DNA of 64,000 bases from an uncultured delta proteobacterium (GCA_963696385.1 CAVOKF010000007.1:448001-512000); one strand, 5' to 3'. Positions 12,552-24,517 are shown, counted from the first letter of the stretch. Translations and numbers: made by a program. Notes: a model not told the origin generated them from the letters alone.

Positions 12552-12609
12552 ACGGTCACGTCGCATCGTCCAGCTTGTTTTTGCTACGGGTGGGATCCTC
12601 CCCGATGCG

Positions 12610-12636
12610 TGTCACAATGAGGCCCCCTGGTGCGTC
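12610..12636 (+). promoter_or_regulatory. ECF41-type autoregulatory promoter
   Basis: Exact TGTCACA-N16-CGTC, 6 nt before the sigma ATG. Confidence 0.78.
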
Positions 12637-12642
12637 ATCCCC

Positions 12643-13560
12643 ATGACGAACGACAGGAGCGGGAACGTGACCGATGCATCCCTGAGCGCGCAATTCGAGC
12701 AGAACCGGCCCCGCCTGCGTGCGGTCGCGTACCGCATGCTGGGCTCGACCAGCGAAACCGAGGACGCCTTGCAAGAGACGTGGCTGCGGGTCACGCGGGC
12801 CGACATCGGCGCGGTGGACAACCTCGGCGGCTGGCTCACCACCGTGATCACGCACGTGTGCCTCGACATGCTCCGAGCGCGCAAGACGCGCGAGAATGCG
12901 GCGCCCGCGATGGGGGCCGAGGGCGCAATTGCGGCGTCCGCGCCGACCGATCCGGAGCGAGAGCTCGTGCTCGCCGACGCGGTGGGCTCCGCCATGATGA
13001 TCGTGCTCGACACGCTGAGTCCGGCCGAGCGCGTCGCCTTCGTGCTGCACGATCTCTTTGCGCTGTCGTTCGAGGACATCGGCGCCATCGTCGGGCGGTC
13101 GGCTGTCGCGACGCGGCAACTCGCGAGCCGCGCGCGAAGGCGCGTACAGGGGGCCGGAGAGAGGGAGAAAGAGCTCCCGTCCCAGCGCCAAGTCGCTCAA
13201 GCTTTCATGACCGCTTCGCGCGACGGCAATCTCGAAGCGGTGCTCGCCGTGCTCGATCCCGATGTCGTGCTGCGCGCCGACCCCGTGGCCGTGAAAGCCG
13301 CGGCCGCGAACGAGGCGAAGGGCGCGCCGCGTCTCGTCCGCGAATTGCGCGGCGCCGCCGACGTCGCTCGCGTCTTCCTCGGCAGCGCTCAGGCCGCGCG
13401 GCCTGCTCTCGTCGACGGCACGCCTGGCGCCGCGTGGGCGCCCGGGGGCCGGCCGCGTGCCATCTGGGCCTTCAAGGTGGAGCAAGGCCGCATCCTCGAA
13501 GTGCAATTCATCGCCGACCCAAAGACGATCGCGCGGCTCGAGGTGTTGCTCGTCGACTGA
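12643..13560 (+). CDS. ECF sigma factor with SnoaL-like extension (SigJ/ECF41-like)
   Basis: AYRMLGS..EDALQETW, LSPAERVAFVLHD, RQLASRAR, LDPDVVLRAD. Confidence 0.92.
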   Translation: MTNDRSGNVTDASLSAQFEQNRPRLRAVAYRMLGSTSETEDALQETWLRVTRADIGAVDNLGGWLTTVITHVCLDMLRARKTRENAAPAMGAEGAIAASAPTDPERELVLADAVGSAMMIVLDTLSPAERVAFVLHDLFALSFEDIGAIVGRSAVATRQLASRARRRVQGAGEREKELPSQRQVAQAFMTASRDGNLEAVLAVLDPDVVLRADPVAVKAAAANEAKGAPRLVRELRGAADVARVFLGSAQAARPALVDGTPGAAWAPGGRPRAIWAFKVEQGRILEVQFIADPKTIARLEVLLVD

Positions 13561-13781
13561 GCAGGTCACACTCAACCTGGCGCAGGTGATCCGGCTCGGC
13601 GCGGCCCTTGGCGGCAAGAGGCGGACGGCCGATCAAGAGATCCCCGTTTCCGCGGCGTTCTCGCGCGATCCGCCGCGGTGCCTCGGCCCACCCGAGCCCG
13701 GAGCCAAGGTGCTTCAGGGTGATGCCGAGACGGGCGAGACGAGAAGGCCCCCCTCGCGAAGTTCGGAAACGTCCCCGTTGG

Positions 13782-14421
13782 TCACCGGTGGAGAAGCTTG
13801 AACGCCACGTCACGTCCCTTGCCCCCGACCGTCGCGAGGTGAATCCACAGGATCGCGAGTGACTCGAGGTGGCGCGCGTTGCGAAGCGGTCCGACATCGA
13901 CGGGCTCGAAGCCGAGCGTGCGAGCGAGCTCCGAGACCGTTCGTTTCGCCTCTGCATCGTCGCCGGCGAGATAGAGATCGGCCACCGCGGTACCGAGCTT
14001 AGCGTCCGCGTGGAATTCGGCGCCGAACGTGTTGAATGCCTTTACGAGACGAGCGCGGGGAAACCGGCGAGCGAGGTGAGCGGTGACAGAGCCCTCCTCG
14101 GGCGGCATATGTACGGGACCGGCATTCCACGTCAGCGGGTTGGTGCAATCGACGATGACGGCGCCGAGGATCCCGCTCGCCTCCTCGAGCACCGCCGCCG
14201 CCGCGTCGGCCGGCACCGCCAAGAAGACGACCTCGACCCGAGGACCTAGCCCCTTGGTATCGACGGCGTGCGCGCGATCGCCGAGCGCGTTCGCGAGCTT
14301 CTCGACCTTGTCTGCGTCCCGACTTGCGATTCTGTACGTCGATCCCGTGCTCTGCGAGATTGCGAGCCAGCGCGGTGCCGACGGCACCCGTGCCCACGAC
14401 AGCAGCCGATCGAATGCCCAT
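13782..14421 (-). pseudogene. NADPH-dependent F420 reductase family, split by a +1 frameshift near 14332
   Basis: VVGTGAVG in one frame; VDCTNP, VKAFNT, GDD, DVGPL in the other; may be an assembly error. Confidence 0.85.
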
Positions 14422-14541
14422 GTCCTTCTCCTTGCCTTCCTCGTGCCATCGGAAGGGACCTCGCGTGGACGCTCGATGGCGTCGCGCGACCCAAAGCTAG
14501 TGCGTCCCATGGCGCCCACAATGTCCGCCCGATGGACCTTC

Positions 14542-14559
14542 TGTCCCATTCGTGGGACA
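14542..14559. promoter_or_regulatory. Palindrome TGTCCCA-N4-TGGGACA, probable LysR site
   Basis: Lies between divergent LysR and oxidoreductase starts. Confidence 0.5.
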
Positions 14560-14573
14560 ACTTTTTTCTCCTC

Positions 14574-15480
14574 ATGAGCTCAGCGCGTGCGCTCGATCCG
14601 TCGGCCCTCCTCCTGCTCGCTGCCGTGGCTCGTGAAGGCGGAATCCGGGGCGGGGCGGCGAAGCTGCGCGTCCCACGGTCCACGGTGAGCCGCCGGCTCG
14701 TCGATCTCGAGGAGACAGTCGGCGTACGGCTCGTGGTGCGCACCGCACGCCGGTTTCAAATGACCGATCTCGGGTGGGCTCTGGTCCATCAAGGCGAGCG
14801 GATCGACGAGATCGTGCGTGCTTCGACGGAGCTCGTGCACCGATCGTCGGTCGAGCCAGGCGGTACGCTCCGCGTCGCCGTTGCGCCGCTCCTTGGCGAG
14901 GCCCTCTTGCCGGAGGTGCTCTCCGAGTACCTCCGCCGATACCCGAGGGTGCGCGTCGATCTTCTCCTCTCGGCCGAGTACGTCGATCTGCGGCGATCGA
15001 ACATCGACGTGGCGTTGCGGTCGGGGCCGATCCCGGACGCGACCGATTCTGTTCGCCACGCGCCTGGGTACGTCGGTGACGGGTCACTATGCGAGCCCGG
15101 GCTATCTCGCTGCGCGAGGGACGCCGCGTAGGCCGTCCAATCTGGCCGACCACGATTGCATCGTCGTCGGCGGCGACGGCACGACCTGGATGTTGCGCGA
15201 ACGCCAAAAGGACGTCGCGTTTGACGTGAACGCGCATGTTCGGGCCAACGATTTCCATATCGCACGGGCGCTCGCCGCATGCGGCGCGGGGGTGGTGCGC
15301 CTCGCCAGGTTTTTCGCCGAGGATCACGTCCGAGCGGGCACGCTGGCGCCCGTGCTGGAGGCGAGGTGGCCGCGCGTGCCCGTGTTTGCCGTGCACACGT
15401 CGGTGAGCCCGGCGCCAACGAAGATCGCGGCGTTCGTCGCGCTCGTCCGCGCCGCAGCACCGCGCATTCTGGAGGAATGA
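14574..15480 (+). pseudogene. LysR family regulator, frameshift near 15047
   Basis: HTH PRSTVSRRL..LEETVGVRL, GTLRV, IDVALR; continues in another frame YASPGYL..KIAAFV; may be an assembly error. Confidence 0.85.
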
Positions 15481-15509
15481 GCCTCGGGGTTCATGGGTGG
15501 CCGCCTTAC

Positions 15510-15538
15510 GTGACAGCTTGAGCGGCGCGCGCTAAGGT
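15510..15538 (+). promoter_or_regulatory. Sigma70-like promoter GTGACA-N17-TAAGGT
   Basis: Predicted start falls at the leader-peptide GTG (leaderless). Confidence 0.55.
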
Positions 15539-15545
15539 GACATCT

Positions 15546-15623
15546 GTGAAGCTCGGTTCGACGTTTTACGGGTTTACCTTTTCATGGGCCGCTACCACGC
15601 GGCACCAGAGGTCGACCTCGTAG
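15546..15623 (+). CDS. Aromatic-rich attenuator leader peptide MKLGSTFYGFTFSWAATTRHQRSTS
   Basis: F,Y,F,F,W within 8 codons, directly upstream of a terminator and DAHP synthase. Confidence 0.75.
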   Translation: MKLGSTFYGFTFSWAATTRHQRSTS

Positions 15624-15651
15624 ACGATTCGAACAATCTCTCAGGTCAAAG

Positions 15652-15690
15652 ACCCCTGGTCGCCGCGAGCGACCAGGGGTTTTCGCTTTT
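15652..15690 (+). terminator. Attenuator intrinsic terminator
   Basis: 12-bp stem acccctggtcgc/gcgaccaggggt followed by tttcgctttt, ending 15 nt before the ATG. Confidence 0.85.
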
Positions 15691-15705
15691 CTGGAGCCCG
15701 AAGCC

Positions 15706-16827
15706 ATGCACGCCACGAACGATGTTCACGTAGTCGACACCCGACCGCTACCGACCCCGAACGAGCTTAAGGCCGACCTTCCCCAGACGCCCGAGGTGGC
15801 CGATCTCGTCGTTCGGTCTCGTAACGCGATTCGCGACGTCATCGCGGGGGAGAATCAACGTCCTCTCGTCATCGTCGGACCGTGTTCGGTGCACGATCCG
15901 CAGGCGGCGCTCGACTACGCCGAGCGCCTCGTCGTTCTCAAGCGCCGGTACGAAGACGAGCTGCTCGTCGTCATGCGCGTGTACTTCGAAAAGCCGCGGA
16001 CGACCGTGGGGTGGAAGGGGCTCATTAACGATCCGCACTTGAACGGGAGCCACGACATCGCCGAAGGCCTTCGCGCCGCCCGGCGAGTCCTCCTCGAGGT
16101 CGCGCGGATCGGGATCGCGGCGGCGACGGAGATGCTCGACCCCATCGCCCCGCAGTACCTGGCGGACCTCGTGAGCTGGACGGCAATCGGCGCGCGCACC
16201 ACGGAAAGCCAGACGCATCGCGAGATGGCGAGCGGGCTGTCGATGCCCGTGGGCTACAAGAACGGCACGGACGGCAGCCTGCAGGTGGCCATCAATGCGC
16301 TCGTCGCCGCGTCGCAAGCGCATAGTTTCCTGGGCATCGATGGCAACGGGCGAGTCGCGATCATCCGGACGACCGGCAACCCCGACGGCCACATCGTGCT
16401 CCGCGGCGGTAGCTCGGGGCCGAACTACTCGGCAGCGCACGTGGCCGTGGCGGGCCACGCGCTAGCGAAGACGGGCGCCAAGCCGCGCATGCTCGTCGAC
16501 TGTAGCCACGACAACAGCGGAAAGAACTTCCGCAATCAGCCCGCCGTGGTCGACGACGTAACCCAGCAGATCGCGCACGGTTCGCCGCACCTCCTTGGCG
16601 TCATGATCGAGAGCAACATCGGCGAGGGGCGGCAGGATCTGAGCGCCGGGACGGCGCCCCGTGATCTCGCTTACGGCGTGAGCATCACCGACGGGTGCAT
16701 CGACTTGCCGACGACCGAGCGCGTGCTTGGGACGCTCGCTCGCGCCGTTCGTTCGCGCCGATCGGTTTTGCTCAAGGCCAGCGAGGTCGATGACGATCTA
16801 CCGAAGTCGGGACTGCTTGCCCAATGA
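15706..16827 (+). CDS. Class I DAHP synthase (AroF/G/H type)
   Basis: GPCSVHD, RVYFEKPRTTVGWKG, IGARTTESQTHREMASG, DCSHDNS, SITDGC. Confidence 0.97.
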   Translation: MHATNDVHVVDTRPLPTPNELKADLPQTPEVADLVVRSRNAIRDVIAGENQRPLVIVGPCSVHDPQAALDYAERLVVLKRRYEDELLVVMRVYFEKPRTTVGWKGLINDPHLNGSHDIAEGLRAARRVLLEVARIGIAAATEMLDPIAPQYLADLVSWTAIGARTTESQTHREMASGLSMPVGYKNGTDGSLQVAINALVAASQAHSFLGIDGNGRVAIIRTTGNPDGHIVLRGGSSGPNYSAAHVAVAGHALAKTGAKPRMLVDCSHDNSGKNFRNQPAVVDDVTQQIAHGSPHLLGVMIESNIGEGRQDLSAGTAPRDLAYGVSITDGCIDLPTTERVLGTLARAVRSRRSVLLKASEVDDDLPKSGLLAQ

Positions 16828-17002
16828 CGCGGACTCTTCGCCGGCCGGCGCGCTTTGCGCTTCCTGTCTCGCCCCCATCGGCTGCGTCGGTTGCGCCCGA
16901 TTCGGCCGGCTCCTGGAACACCGTAACGAGGCCCGAACCCCGCGCTAGTCTCTCGTGTCGAAAGCTGGTTCCGGACTCGGATGGCGCCCCGGATCGTCAC
17001 GG

Positions 17003-18601
<1,599 letters not shown>

Positions 18602-18836
18602 CGGACGCGAGGATAATGGATCCGCGCGCCGGCATCCCGCAAAGGAAGAAAGGCCTCTTGGCGCGGTCCAATTTGCCTCATCCAACCCGAACGACCCACC
18701 TCGGGCCGCCAAACGGCTCAAACAGACCGAGCGACAGACTGGCCATCGGCGAAACGCCCCCGATTCCGCGCCGACCGAGGCCGAGGCACCCCCGTGGGGC
18801 GCGGAGGGCCGGTGGAGCTACACTGGGTGGCGCGTC

Positions 18837-19481
18837 ATGCCCGAACCCACCGACCGCCAAGTGCAGGAGCGCATGGGCCAGAGCTATGCTCTCGACCGGC
18901 TTTGGGGTGAGACGATGGGTTTGACGTCCGGCGACACCAAGGAAAAGCCCCTGCGGGAAGTCATCGCCGTGCTGGAAGCCACGGGAACGGCCTACGCCGT
19001 GATTGGCGGCATCGCGATGCAGATTCATTCTTCGGAGCCCCGAACCACGCTCGACATCGACCTCGCGGTGCGGTTTTTTGCCGACGTGCCGTCCGATGCG
19101 CTCGCCAAGGCGGGCTTCGCGCATGAGGGTCGCTATGCGCACAGCGACAATTGGCGAGCGCCCGGGATGGGGCCCCGGGTCGAACGCGTCCCCGTGCAGT
19201 TCTCGGCCGAAGACGTGGGCATCGAGGAGGCGATCGCTCGGGCTCGGGTCGTCGACGCGGGCGGCTTTCGACTTCGCGTCGCGGCTCCCTTCGACCTGCT
19301 CGTCCTCAAGCTCGCGGCCGCCGAAGAGCCCAGACGTCGGCCAACCAAGCGGCTCCAGGATATGACCGACATTGTCCTGCTATCCAAGGAATTCCCCGAG
19401 GTCGCCGCGGCATTCCCAGACCTCCAGGAGCGGGTCAACCGCCTGGCGGCGGATCTGCTCACCGTGGACCGGGGCGAGTAG
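18837..19481 (+). CDS. Nucleotidyltransferase-superfamily protein (AbiEii/DUF6036-like)
   Basis: YAVIGGIA, PRTTLDIDL, LLVLKLAA, QDMTD; start could be 18915. Confidence 0.75.
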   Translation: MPEPTDRQVQERMGQSYALDRLWGETMGLTSGDTKEKPLREVIAVLEATGTAYAVIGGIAMQIHSSEPRTTLDIDLAVRFFADVPSDALAKAGFAHEGRYAHSDNWRAPGMGPRVERVPVQFSAEDVGIEEAIARARVVDAGGFRLRVAAPFDLLVLKLAAAEEPRRRPTKRLQDMTDIVLLSKEFPEVAAAFPDLQERVNRLAADLLTVDRGE

Positions 19482-20029
19482 ATGCCATGTTGCTGGCGTC
19501 GGTGACGGTCGTAGCGATACCGCGCCGGGGGAGGCCAGGAAGAAGGGAGCGAAGGGGCGGCGCGGTGGCTCGTCGTCGGCACGCTGCGAGGAAAGGCCAA
19601 AACGCCGGGGCGGTGGCGACCTGCCGCGATGCCGCCGACGAGCACGAGGGCAGAGCGTCTCCTCGCGTGGAGCCGGCACAAGGCTGCGTCATGATGAGCA
19701 GCAAAGGGCCTCGGGGGTGTTCCTCGGGCCAACGACCGGTCGAGCCGGCGAGCGTGCTCGACTCCACGGAGGAGACATGAAGTATCTTGGATTGGATGTG
19801 CACGGGAAAGCAACCGTGTTTTGTCTGCTCAACGCGGAGGGCGAAGTCGTCGAGAGGGGCAGCCTGCCGACGACGGCGCCCGATTTGACGAAGCTGATCC
19901 AGAGGCTCTCGTCGATCGACACGCTGCTCTGCGGTCAGGAGGTGGGGACGATGACCCACTTTGTCCATGACGTCGTGACGAGCGCGGGAGCGAAGATCCT
20001 GTCGTTCAACGCGCAGCATCTTCGGATGA
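19480..20029 (+). mobile_element. Truncated IS110-family copy (left end plus first ~84 codons, ATG 19777)
   Basis: 19479-20029 matches 30729-31278 apart from one extra G; YLGLDVHGK RuvC-like start. Confidence 0.9.
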
Positions 20030-20220
20030 GGGCGAGGGCCGTCCCTGCCGCGATCGGTGCAGCTCGCGCCGAAGCGCTCGACAGGCCGCTCCGGCAAAAA
20101 TTCTGCCATGGCGACCGTGGCGAAATCAGGAACTGCGAATGCCAGGTCCGCGACAACGACCGACGCCGGTACCGGGAACGCAAGGATCGCACGCGCGGCC
20201 CGGCAGTGGCTGGTTGCAGC

Positions 20221-20942
20221 GTAACCGCTGCATAGAGAGGCGTTCTTCCGCGGGGTTCGATTCGTGGGCAAGCTGGGGCGCATGACGAAAGAGACGGAAG
20301 CGAAGTGGGTGGAGCGCATACGGGAATGGCGGGCGAGTGGACTTTCTGCCGAGAATTTCGCGAGGACCAAGGGGTACAAGCGTCGACGCTGTGTTGGGCA
20401 GCGTCGCAAGTGCGGCGCGCAGCCGAGTTAGCTGCGCCGACGTCGCCGCGTTCAGGGGAAGCACAAGGCGGGGGACGGGCGGAGCGGCAGACACCGTCAT
20501 GCAAGGCGCCGCGGTTTTTGCCTGATCGCGCCGGCCCGTCGGAGCCGTATTTCTGGACCGCAAGCTCGCGAAACTCGCGCCCGCTCAGCGCAAGGCGCAA
20601 CGCGACGGCTCCGACGACCACGCGGGGGCTGCCGGCAACACCCTGTCGCTGATCGCCTCGTGCAAGCTCCACCGACTCGACCCCGAGCTGACCTCACGGA
20701 GATCATCCGCATCCTGCCGTACTGGCCCCGTGACCGGTACCTCGAGCTCGCCCCGAAGTATTGGGCCGCCACGCGCGCACGCCTCTCGCCCGACGAGCTC
20801 AAGCTGCCGCTCGGGCCTATCACCGTGCCTCCGCCCCCCTCGAAAGAGCAGACCTCGTCGAACTGAACGACCGTCGTTCACGCACGCGAAGATGCCCCCT
20901 GCCGCTTCGGCACGCCATAACGCCTCTTCGTGCAGCGCTTAC
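20221..20942 (+). mobile_element. Internally deleted IS66-family element
   Basis: Terminal IRs gtaaccgctgca / tgcagcgcttac; TnpA start MTKETEAKWVERIREWRASGLSA (20282); TnpC tail GSDDHA..SLIASCKLH..YLELAPKYW. Confidence 0.82.
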
Positions 20943-21106
20943 GTTGTGTCCTTGCGGCACGGCTGCGGGGCGGGGAGTACGAGGGGGGGGTCTGGCGGGG
21001 GGGGCGTGCGAGAGGGGCGGGTCGCGGCGGGCGGCGGTGGCATTCGGCAACAGTGCGTGAAGTCGACGCGTGACTCGGGCAGCGTCGCGGTCAGGAGGAA
21101 GACCTG

Positions 21107-21520
21107 ATGAATCGAACGAGTATCGGGGCAACGGGCGCTCTAGAAAGTCTGCGCGGGCGGATAGAGCGGTGGCGAGCCGGATGCGGAGGCAAGCGGTCGA
21201 GGGTGCCGCAGGAGCTGTGGAACGCGGCGATCGAGGTGGCTCGCCGCGAAGGGGTGTGGGCGACGTCGCGGGCGACGCGTTTGAATTACCAAGGGCTGAA
21301 GGACCGGATGAGCCAAGCGTCGACGGGTTCGGCGATCGAGACGACGTCGCCGTCGTTCATCGAAGTGGCGATGCCGGCGGCGAGGACGGCGGACGGGTCG
21401 AGCCGGACGGTGATCGAGCTCGAGGGTCGAGGCGGAGAGCGGCTGCGCGTGGAGGTGACGGGCGCGAGCGGGTTGGACGTGGTCGGATTGGCGCACGCCT
21501 TCTGGAGACGCGAGCGATGA
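21107..21520 (+). CDS. tnpA: IS66 accessory protein (TnpA-like)
   Basis: RIERWR..RVPQELWNAAIEVA..LNYQGLK..FIEV; ATGA-coupled to tnpB. Confidence 0.75.
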   Translation: MNRTSIGATGALESLRGRIERWRAGCGGKRSRVPQELWNAAIEVARREGVWATSRATRLNYQGLKDRMSQASTGSAIETTSPSFIEVAMPAARTADGSSRTVIELEGRGGERLRVEVTGASGLDVVGLAHAFWRRER

Positions 21521-21894
21521 TCCAGCTCACGCCGCAGATGCGGATTCTGGTTGCGGTGGAGCCGGTGGACTTTCGGCGGGGGATCGACGGGATGTGCCGG
21601 GTGTGCCGGCAGATCTTGTCGAGCGATCCGTTTTCGGGAGCAGTGTTCGTATTTCGAAGTCGTCGGGGGACCGCGATTAAGATTTTGGCGTATGATGGGC
21701 AGGGATTCTGGCTCTGCCAAAAGCGTTTGTCGCAGGGTCGATTTGCACATTGGCCACGAAGCGGCGCTGGCGACGAGAAGACTCGCCAGCTGCTGGCGCA
21801 CCAAGTGCAGGTGCTGCTGATGGGTGGCAATCCGGAGGCGACGCAGGCGGCGAGCCCGTGGCGTTCCGTGACGCCGGACGTCGCGGCGGCGTAA
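21517..21894 (+). CDS. tnpB: IS66 accessory protein TnpB
   Basis: EPVDFRRGIDG, VFVFRSRR..IKILAYDGQGFWLCQKRLSQGRF. Confidence 0.92.
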   Translation: MIQLTPQMRILVAVEPVDFRRGIDGMCRVCRQILSSDPFSGAVFVFRSRRGTAIKILAYDGQGFWLCQKRLSQGRFAHWPRSGAGDEKTRQLLAHQVQVLLMGGNPEATQAASPWRSVTPDVAAA

Positions 21895-21915
21895 GCCGGC
21901 CGCGCTCATCGCCGT

Positions 21916-23640
21916 CTAGGCGGCGGCACGCGTATCGTCGCCGCCGCCGCTCGGCGAGGCGCCGCGCCGTGCGAGGGTGGCCTTGTAGTTCCAGGGGAGC
22001 CAGTCGCCGGGAGCCTCGGCGACGGCCTTGGAATGGCGTTGCAGCGCGGTGAGGTAATCGAAGGGATTTTGGTGGTGCAGCTCGGCGGTGTGGATGAGGG
22101 TCATATAGATGTCGCCGACGCGCGCACCGAGCTCGCTTCTGTAAAAGAACGACACGTTTCTCAACCGAATCGCCATCTTGAGGACACGCTCGCACAGGTT
22201 ATTGTCGAGCGGGGCTCCCGGAACACGGAGAAAAACCGTGAATTTGTCCCACCGTTTGAGGAAATAGTGGAAGGCCTGCCCGAGGTCGGAGTGGGGCTCG
22301 ATGCGCTTTTCGTCGAGCTGAGCGGTCATCCACTTCTGCAGATCCCCCATGACGGGCGCGCTGAGTCGCTGGTGCACCCGTAATCGCTCGTCGTCCGAGA
22401 GGCCTTGCTTTTTGCAGTCGTGGTCGACCTTGTAAACCGCCGCGAGCCGCTCGAGAAGCGCGAGGCACTCGTCGGGGTAGTTGGCGACCTCGTCGACGAC
22501 CTTGCGTCGCCCGTGGGAGATGCAATTGATCTCGATGACGTCATGGCCGTCGGGGACGTTGCGCGAAAGGGCATCACTCATGAGCAGAGGGACAGGCCGG
22601 TCTGGGGCTCGTTGTTTCAGCAGCTCGGCGAGGTTTTCTCCCGCATGCTTTCGCCCCGTGAAAAATAGCGCGATGACGCCGAGTGACGCGATGATCGAGA
22701 CGATGGCGGTCGTGAACAAGCCTGTGCGCTCGGGGGCCTCGAGTGTTCCTTTCGCGAGCAAGTCGGCGCGGCGCTTGCCCATGAGGCTCAAGATGCGCAT
22801 GTGGCTATCGTCGACGTGCAAGAGCTCGGCCTGGGCGGCGATGCGCTTGAGCTCCTTGTAGACCGGCTCGACCCGATCGACGCGGTCGCGCAGGACATCC
22901 CACTGGGTCGACGCAGGGACGGGCGTACCGAGATTGTCCTGCAGCTTCTCGAGTCGATGGAAGGGAACGCCCGCTCCGTAGTGCATCACGGCGATCATGC
23001 TGCTGGCGGACTCGTCGCACTTTTCTCCCTGGGCCTCGGGCGGCGGACGAGCGGTGAACACGTGGCCGCAGGCGCCGCAGCGAAGCTGCTTGCAGTGAAA
23101 GCAGGCGGCCCCCAGCGGAGCCCGCCCGACGATCCGAACGAGGGTCGCGGGGGCGGCCAGCTCGTAGACACGGCCTTGTGTGCAGAGCGGGCACGAGTCT
23201 CCCCGCCGCAGCGACTCGTGATCCACGGTGACGTGCTGCGCCGCGCGATAGGCGGAGGCGGGCACGCGTCCGTGACCCTTGCGCTTTTCTTTCGTGGGGG
23301 GCGCCGATGGCTCCGGCGCATTCGCCGCGGCCGCGGGGGTGGCGCTGGGATCGCTCGCGGGCGCGTCTTGCGGCTCGACCGCCGGATGGGCCGTCTGCGA
23401 CGCAGGGTTGGCCACGTCGGCCTTGATGTGAGCGGTCTTCTCATTGCCCGTGAGTCCGAAGAGGCGCCGCACCCGCGTCAGCGTGGCGTGGGTCTTGCGC
23501 AGCTCGCGGGTCATCTCGATCACGGTCGTCGCAAGCGCTTCGATGAGGTGGTAGTCGTCGTCACAGACGACCGCCCGGATGCGCTCCAGCATCGGCGGCA
23601 GGTCGTTCAGGTCGACGTCACGGACGGGCGTGCGATCCAC
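21916..23640 (-). CDS. tnpC: IS66 family transposase
   Basis: RKGHGR, Zn-finger CPLC..CGAC, HVDD, MSD, CISHGRRK, DNNLCERVLK; GTG 23640 abuts the upstream stop. Confidence 0.9.
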   Translation of the reverse strand: MDRTPVRDVDLNDLPPMLERIRAVVCDDDYHLIEALATTVIEMTRELRKTHATLTRVRRLFGLTGNEKTAHIKADVANPASQTAHPAVEPQDAPASDPSATPAAAANAPEPSAPPTKEKRKGHGRVPASAYRAAQHVTVDHESLRRGDSCPLCTQGRVYELAAPATLVRIVGRAPLGAACFHCKQLRCGACGHVFTARPPPEAQGEKCDESASSMIAVMHYGAGVPFHRLEKLQDNLGTPVPASTQWDVLRDRVDRVEPVYKELKRIAAQAELLHVDDSHMRILSLMGKRRADLLAKGTLEAPERTGLFTTAIVSIIASLGVIALFFTGRKHAGENLAELLKQRAPDRPVPLLMSDALSRNVPDGHDVIEINCISHGRRKVVDEVANYPDECLALLERLAAVYKVDHDCKKQGLSDDERLRVHQRLSAPVMGDLQKWMTAQLDEKRIEPHSDLGQAFHYFLKRWDKFTVFLRVPGAPLDNNLCERVLKMAIRLRNVSFFYRSELGARVGDIYMTLIHTAELHHQNPFDYLTALQRHSKAVAEAPGDWLPWNYKATLARRGASPSGGGDDTRAAA

Positions 23641-23641
23641 G

Positions 23642-24517
23642 TCAGTACCCACCGAGCAGGCGTTTTCGGAAGTCGCCGACCAGCGGATATCCGAACAGCT
23701 GTTTGAGGGAACGATTCGCGGCATGCGTCTGGTCGTCTTTTCCGCGGCCGGTCGTGATGCCCAAAACGGTCCAGTTGGCCGCGCGGTAGCAGGTGCCACG
23801 AAAACGATCCGGATCGACGAACGTTTCGGTGAAGTAGATCGGATGCCGGTAGACTCGCTGCCAGTCGTCCGAAAGCCGGCGCGAAATGGCGCCGAGCAGA
23901 TGCGACGCCAGATGCGGCACCTTCACCCACGGCAAAATCAGAAACCGGCTCTGGTAGGCGACAAACCGAATATGGGCCCTTCGCTGCTCCTTGGACCAGC
24001 CGATGTAGCGATCCCGAGGCCCCAGATGCCGCGCGGCCGACGACCAGCAGAAACACGCGATCGGCTGTCCGGCCGCCGATACCAGGTACTTGAGGTGCTC
24101 GCCGACCGGATGCGTGTACCCCAGATAGTGATGCTGCTGGACCAGCGACTTGACCAGCGACTCCTCGGGCGTGCGTCGAACCTGCCGAATGTCCAGGGGA
24201 CCGAGCTCCGCGAGCGGAACCGCCAGCGGGCGCGCCGGGACATCCACATGATCCACGACCGCGTGCCGACGCGGCTGCTGACTCCGCCATCGCGCCGGCG
24301 GCAGCTCCACGTGGCCTTCCCGGTGCAATCGCAGCATCAGCCCGCGACAGACCGCATCGCACAACGTCCCGTTGGGTTGCGCCCAACCCCACGCCTCACA
24401 AACCTTGAACGACAACGCTCGGCGACTGGTCCCCGGACTCGCGGCGATCAGCTCTCGCAGAAACGCCACGTCGCCGGCGCGCACCTCGCGTCCTCGATAT
24501 CGAAGCAATGCCTCCAT
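23642..24517 (-). CDS. DUF4338 / DruA-like protein
   Basis: HHYLGY, RDRYIGWS, RFLILPWV..HLASH, ETFVD..GTCYRAANW..TTGRG. Confidence 0.88.
   Translation of the reverse strand: MEALLRYRGREVRAGDVAFLRELIAASPGTSRRALSFKVCEAWGWAQPNGTLCDAVCRGLMLRLHREGHVELPPARWRSQQPRRHAVVDHVDVPARPLAVPLAELGPLDIRQVRRTPEESLVKSLVQQHHYLGYTHPVGEHLKYLVSAAGQPIACFCWSSAARHLGPRDRYIGWSKEQRRAHIRFVAYQSRFLILPWVKVPHLASHLLGAISRRLSDDWQRVYRHPIYFTETFVDPDRFRGTCYRAANWTVLGITTGRGKDDQTHAANRSLKQLFGYPLVGDFRKRLLGGY

Noticed and set aside
20030..20212. Possible gene fragment between the IS110 break and IS66
   Set aside because: No recognisable protein in the frames I translated
21891..21904. gtaagccggcc as an IS66 terminal repeat
   Set aside because: Poor match to the 24604-24622 end and overlaps the tnpB stop; 20946-20959 matches much better
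23642..24517. Druantia defence system
   Set aside because: Only a DruA-like gene, inside IS66 ends; no DruE helicase or other dru genes
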